Of a stretch of DNA of 32,084 nt, positions 28,987-32,084 are shown piece by piece. How positions within the stretch are numbered: the stretch's first letter is position 1; each line of letters begins with the position of its first letter. The stretch is taken from the IMG/VR virus record IMGVR_UViG_2802429222_000004, one strand, 5' to 3'. The notes beneath the pieces are model-generated. The model did no database searches. It was not told the origin of the DNA and was given only the letters and a program-made list of their open reading frames with translations. This stretch comes from a virus (Duplodnaviria; Heunggongvirae; Uroviricota; Caudoviricetes). Position numbers and translations under genes: made by a program.

Positions 28987-30149
28987 TGCTGGATGCGCTG
29001 ACATTTGATGCAGGCAGTACGCTGACGCCGGATTACATGCTGATGCTCGACAGCAGGGATATTACCGGCAATATCAGTGACCGTCTGATGAGCATGACCC
29101 TGACGGATAACCGGGGCTTTGAGGCTGACCAGCTTGATATTGAACTGAACGACGCCGACGGGCAGGTCGGGCTACCGATTCGTGGCGCTGTCCTGACGGT
29201 GTATATCGGCTGGAAAGGTTTTGCCCTGGTATGCAAAGGGAAATTTACCGTTGATGAGGTTGAACACCGGGGCGCGCCGGATGTGGTTACCATCCGCGCC
29301 CGGAGTGCAGACTTCCGCGGGACGCTTAATTCCCGCCGGGAAGGCTCCTGGCATGACACCACGCTCGGTGCGATTGTTGAGGCGATAGCCTCCCGTAACA
29401 GGCTGGAAGCCAGTGTCGCTCCGTCACTGGCCGGAATTAAAATCCCGCACATCGACCAGTCGCAGGAGTCTGATGCGAAATTCCTGACCCGTCTTGCAGA
29501 ACGCAACGGCGGTGAGGTGTCGGTAAAAATGGGAAAACTGTTGTTTCTCAAAGCGGGGCAGGGGGTGACGGCCAGCGGTAAAAAAATCCCGCAGGTCACC
29601 ATCACCCGCAGCGACGGCGACCGCCATCATTTTGCGATTGCTGACCGTGGAGCCTATACCGGCGTAACGGCAAAGTGGTTACACACCAAAGACCCGAAAC
29701 CACAAAAGCAGAAGGTAAAACTGAAACGCAAAAAGAAAGAGAAACACCTGCGCGCACTGGAGCACCCGAAAGCGAAACCGGTCACGCAGAAGAAAGCGCC
29801 AAAAGCACCGGAAGCGCGCGAAGGTGAATACATGGCAGGTGAAGCTGACAACGTTTTTGCCCTGACCACGGTATATGCCACAAAAGCGCAGGCCATGCGT
29901 GCCGCTCAGGCGAAGTGGGATAAACTGCAACGGGGCGTTGCGGAGTTCTCCATCATCCTGGCTACCGGTCGTGCAGATATTTACACGGAAACACCGGTCA
30001 GAGTGTCTGGCTTTAAGCGCGTCATAGACGAGCAGGACTGGACAATCACTAAGGTGACACATTTTCTGAATAATAGCGGCTTCACGACGTCCTTAGAGCT
30101 TGAGGTCAGGCTTTCTGATGTGGAGTATGAAACAGAAGATGAAGAGTGA
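28986..30149 (+). CDS. D: Tail protein D (387 aa)
   Basis: 387 aa, matching P2 D. Last gene of the tail operon. Confidence 0.85.
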   Translation: MLDALTFDAGSTLTPDYMLMLDSRDITGNISDRLMSMTLTDNRGFEADQLDIELNDADGQVGLPIRGAVLTVYIGWKGFALVCKGKFTVDEVEHRGAPDVVTIRARSADFRGTLNSRREGSWHDTTLGAIVEAIASRNRLEASVAPSLAGIKIPHIDQSQESDAKFLTRLAERNGGEVSVKMGKLLFLKAGQGVTASGKKIPQVTITRSDGDRHHFAIADRGAYTGVTAKWLHTKDPKPQKQKVKLKRKKKEKHLRALEHPKAKPVTQKKAPKAPEAREGEYMAGEADNVFALTTVYATKAQAMRAAQAKWDKLQRGVAEFSIILATGRADIYTETPVRVSGFKRVIDEQDWTITKVTHFLNNSGFTTSLELEVRLSDVEYETEDEE

Positions 30150-30230
30150 TGATTTATATTTATCTGTTTGTTTTATAAGGATAAGTTAACTAAAATGGCA
30201 CCATCAACAAAACCGGAAGAGGTGCTCGCG

Positions 30231-30449
30231 ATGTTTCATTGTCCTTTATGCCAGCATGCCGCACATGCGCGTACAAGCCGCTATATCACTGACACGACAA
30301 AAGAGCGTTATCACCAGTGCCAGAACGTGAATTGCAGCGCCACGTTCATCACTTATGAGTCGGTACAGAGATACATCGTGAAGCCGGGAGAAGTCCACGC
30401 CGTAAGGCCGCACCCGTTGCCATCAGGGCAGCAAATTATGTGGATGTAA
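30231..30449 (+). CDS. ogr: Late gene transcriptional activator Ogr (zinc finger, 72 aa)
   Basis: The internal ATG at 30231 gives MFHCPLCQHAAHARTSRYITDTTKERYHQCQNVNCSATF..., the Ogr C2C2 zinc-finger protein, 72 aa (track ORF 30168..30449). Confidence 0.9.
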   Translation: MFHCPLCQHAAHARTSRYITDTTKERYHQCQNVNCSATFITYESVQRYIVKPGEVHAVRPHPLPSGQQIMWM

Positions 30450-30462
30450 TTACAAACAGAAA

Positions 30463-30486
30463 GCCCCTCAGTCGAGGGGCTTTTTT
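30463..30486 (+). terminator. Rho-independent terminator after ogr
   Basis: GCCCCTC-AGTC-GAGGGGC hairpin followed by TTTTTT. Confidence 0.75.
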
Positions 30487-30550
30487 GTCGATGTGGTCAA
30501 TGTGTGGACGTGACCAGAAATAAATCCTTTTATTTCAATTGATTATGCAT

Positions 30551-30637
30551 AAAAAATAAGCCCGTGTAAGGGAGATTACACAGGCTAAGGAGGTGGTTCC
30601 TGGTACAGCTAGCATTTTATGGGTTATGTTTTTCAGC
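30551..30637 (-). ncRNA. cyaR: CyaR (RyeE) Hfq-dependent sRNA
   Basis: The reverse complement reads GCTGAAAAACATAACCCATAAAATGCTAGCTGTACCAGGAACCACCTCCTTAGCCTGTGTAATCTCCCTTACACGGGCTTATTTTTT, matching the E. coli CyaR sequence as I recall it. The terminator hairpin plus U-tract forms its 3' end. Confidence 0.75.
30552..30578. other. attR core (P2 att core AAAAAATAAGCCCGTGTAAGGGAGATT)
   Basis: Exact 27-bp match to the P2 attachment core as I recall it. Lies between the ogr terminator and host DNA and overlaps the 3' end of cyaR. Confidence 0.75.
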
Positions 30638-30639
30638 GA

Positions 30640-30700
30640 AACAGATAATAACCTTAATAAATGCAGCCGTATGTGATCGGTTTCTAAGAATTTTCTATCC
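30640..30700 (-). promoter_or_regulatory. cyaR promoter with candidate class II CRP site
   Basis: On the cyaR strand, a TATTAT -10 sits 7 nt upstream of the inferred +1. A TGTGA-N6-TCTAA element at 30672-30687 is centred about 41.5 bp upstream of +1. Confidence 0.5.
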
Positions 30701-30722
30701 GGGGAAAAATAATCGAAATGAA

Positions 30723-32084
30723 TCACTTACCGTGCGGGTTACGCGTGGTTTCCCCGGAGAAATTACGCATCAGCAGTGCGTAATTCAGCTCGAGATCCTG
30801 CGGAACCGGGAGCCACACGGTATAGCCATCGCCAGGCGCGACCGGCATCGCTTCACCTTTGGCGTTTTCCATGTGCTCAAGGGTAAAGTTGATATTGCCC
30901 TGTGGCGTCATCAGTTCCAGGCTGTCGCCAACGGAGAATTTATTTTTCACCGCTACGGCTGCCAGAGAGCCTTTACGCTCACCGGTAAACTCTCCAACAA
31001 ACTGCTGGCGGTCAGAAACGGAATAACCGTATTCGTAGTTCTGGTAATCGTCGTGAGTATGACGACGCAGGAAACCTTCGGTGTAACCACGATGCGCCAG
31101 GCCTTCCAGTGTTTCCAGCAGGCTGGTGTCGAACGGTTTGCCCGCAGCGGCGTCATCGATAGCTTTACGATAAACCTGCGCGGTACGTGCACAATAGTAG
31201 AAAGATTTAGTGCGGCCTTCGATTTTCAGCGAATGCACGCCCATTTTGGTCAGGCGTTCAACATGGGCGATGGCGCGCAGATCTTTCGAGTTCATGATGT
31301 AAGTGCCGTGCTCATCTTCAAACGCGGTCATATACTCGCCCGGGCGCTGGGCTTCTTCGATCATAAACACTTTGTCGGTTGGCGCACCGATACCCAGCGT
31401 CGGCTCGACGTTTTGCACCGGAATCGGCTCGTATTTGTGTACGATGTTGCCAACGTCATCTTCTTTCCCTTCCTGCACGTTGTACTCCCAACGGCAGGCG
31501 TTGGTGCAGGTGCCCTGGTTTGGATCGCGTTTGTTGATGTAGCCAGAGAGCAGGCAGCGGCCGGAGTAGGCCATGCACAGCGCGCCGTGAACGAAGATTT
31601 CAAGCTCCATATCCGGAACCTGATTGCGGATCTCTTCAATCTCTTCCAGCGACAGCTCGCGGGAGAGGATCACGCGGGTCAACCCCATTTGCTGCCAGAA
31701 TTTCACCGTCGCCCAGTTTACGGCGTTGGCCTGCACGGAAAGGTGGATCGGCATTTCAGGGAAGTGTTCACGCACCAGCATAATCAGCCCCGGATCGGAC
31801 ATAATCAGTGCGTCCGGCCCCATTTCCACCACCGGTTTCAGATCACGGATAAAGGTTTTTAGCTTGGCATTGTGTGGCGCAATGTTGACCACGACATAAA
31901 ACTTTTTCCCCAGCGCGTGGGCTTCATTGATGCCGAGCTGGAGATTTTCGTGGTTAAATTCGTTGTTGCGCACACGCAGGGAGTAACGCGGTTGCCCCGC
32001 ATAAACAGCATCTGCGCCATAAGCGAAAGCGTAACGCATATTTTTCAGCGTTCCCGCCGGGGAAAGGAGTTCCGGTTTAAACAT
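30723..32084 (-). CDS. yegQ: U32-family peptidase-like protein YegQ (453 aa)
   Basis: A complete 453-aa ORF ending at the window edge. The sequence (MFKPELLSPAGTLKNMRYAFAYGADAVYAGQPRYSLRVRNNEF...) is the U32 family protein encoded next to cyaR in E. coli. Confidence 0.85.
   Translation of the reverse strand: MFKPELLSPAGTLKNMRYAFAYGADAVYAGQPRYSLRVRNNEFNHENLQLGINEAHALGKKFYVVVNIAPHNAKLKTFIRDLKPVVEMGPDALIMSDPGLIMLVREHFPEMPIHLSVQANAVNWATVKFWQQMGLTRVILSRELSLEEIEEIRNQVPDMELEIFVHGALCMAYSGRCLLSGYINKRDPNQGTCTNACRWEYNVQEGKEDDVGNIVHKYEPIPVQNVEPTLGIGAPTDKVFMIEEAQRPGEYMTAFEDEHGTYIMNSKDLRAIAHVERLTKMGVHSLKIEGRTKSFYYCARTAQVYRKAIDDAAAGKPFDTSLLETLEGLAHRGYTEGFLRRHTHDDYQNYEYGYSVSDRQQFVGEFTGERKGSLAAVAVKNKFSVGDSLELMTPQGNINFTLEHMENAKGEAMPVAPGDGYTVWLPVPQDLELNYALLMRNFSGETTRNPHGK

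Larger units (their letters stand above)
1..30578. mobile_element. P2-family prophage, apparently intact from int to attR; attL lies just left of the window
   Basis: Complete P2 gene order with P2-matching protein lengths, a cos site, and a P2 att core at the right end. Host genes begin immediately after 30578. Confidence 0.9.

Noticed and set aside
30535-30726. 63-aa minus-strand ORF spanning the att core, cyaR and its promoter
   Set aside because: It coincides with a recognisable sRNA gene and its promoter. Coding potential is unlikely.
30732-31862. 376-aa plus-strand ORF antisense to yegQ
   Set aside because: A long antisense frame within a GC-rich conserved host gene. yegQ on the minus strand is complete and recognisable.
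1-32084. Searched for CRISPR arrays, tRNA or rRNA genes, and IS elements
   Set aside because: No spaced direct-repeat arrays, no tRNA-like cloverleaf context at the att site (this phage family integrates at a non-tRNA site), and no transposase-like ORFs or terminal inverted repeats were seen.

Overview
This window is almost entirely one P2-family temperate myovirus prophage (about 1..30578) in an enterobacterial chromosome, with the host sRNA gene cyaR and the host gene yegQ at the right edge. The prophage runs in the canonical P2 order: int, C, cox, B, orf80-83-like genes, A, a cargo slot, cos, Q/P (minus strand), then O N M L X, lysis genes, tail and baseplate genes, tail fibre H/G, FI FII E/E' T U D and ogr. 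Gene sizes match P2 almost exactly. The right end carries the 27-bp P2 att core, which overlaps the terminator of cyaR. The most interesting region is the hypervariable slot between A and cos (about 5845..8640), where P2 carries tin/old. Here it holds an AT-rich two-gene cassette: a small retron-like reverse transcriptase and an OLD-family ABC-ATPase/TOPRIM protein, preceded by about 330 bp of structured non-coding DNA with a strong hairpin. I read this as a retron-type (RT + OLD effector) anti-phage defence system carried as prophage cargo. All calls come from reading the sequence and the ORF track and from recalled knowledge of P2; no searches were run.
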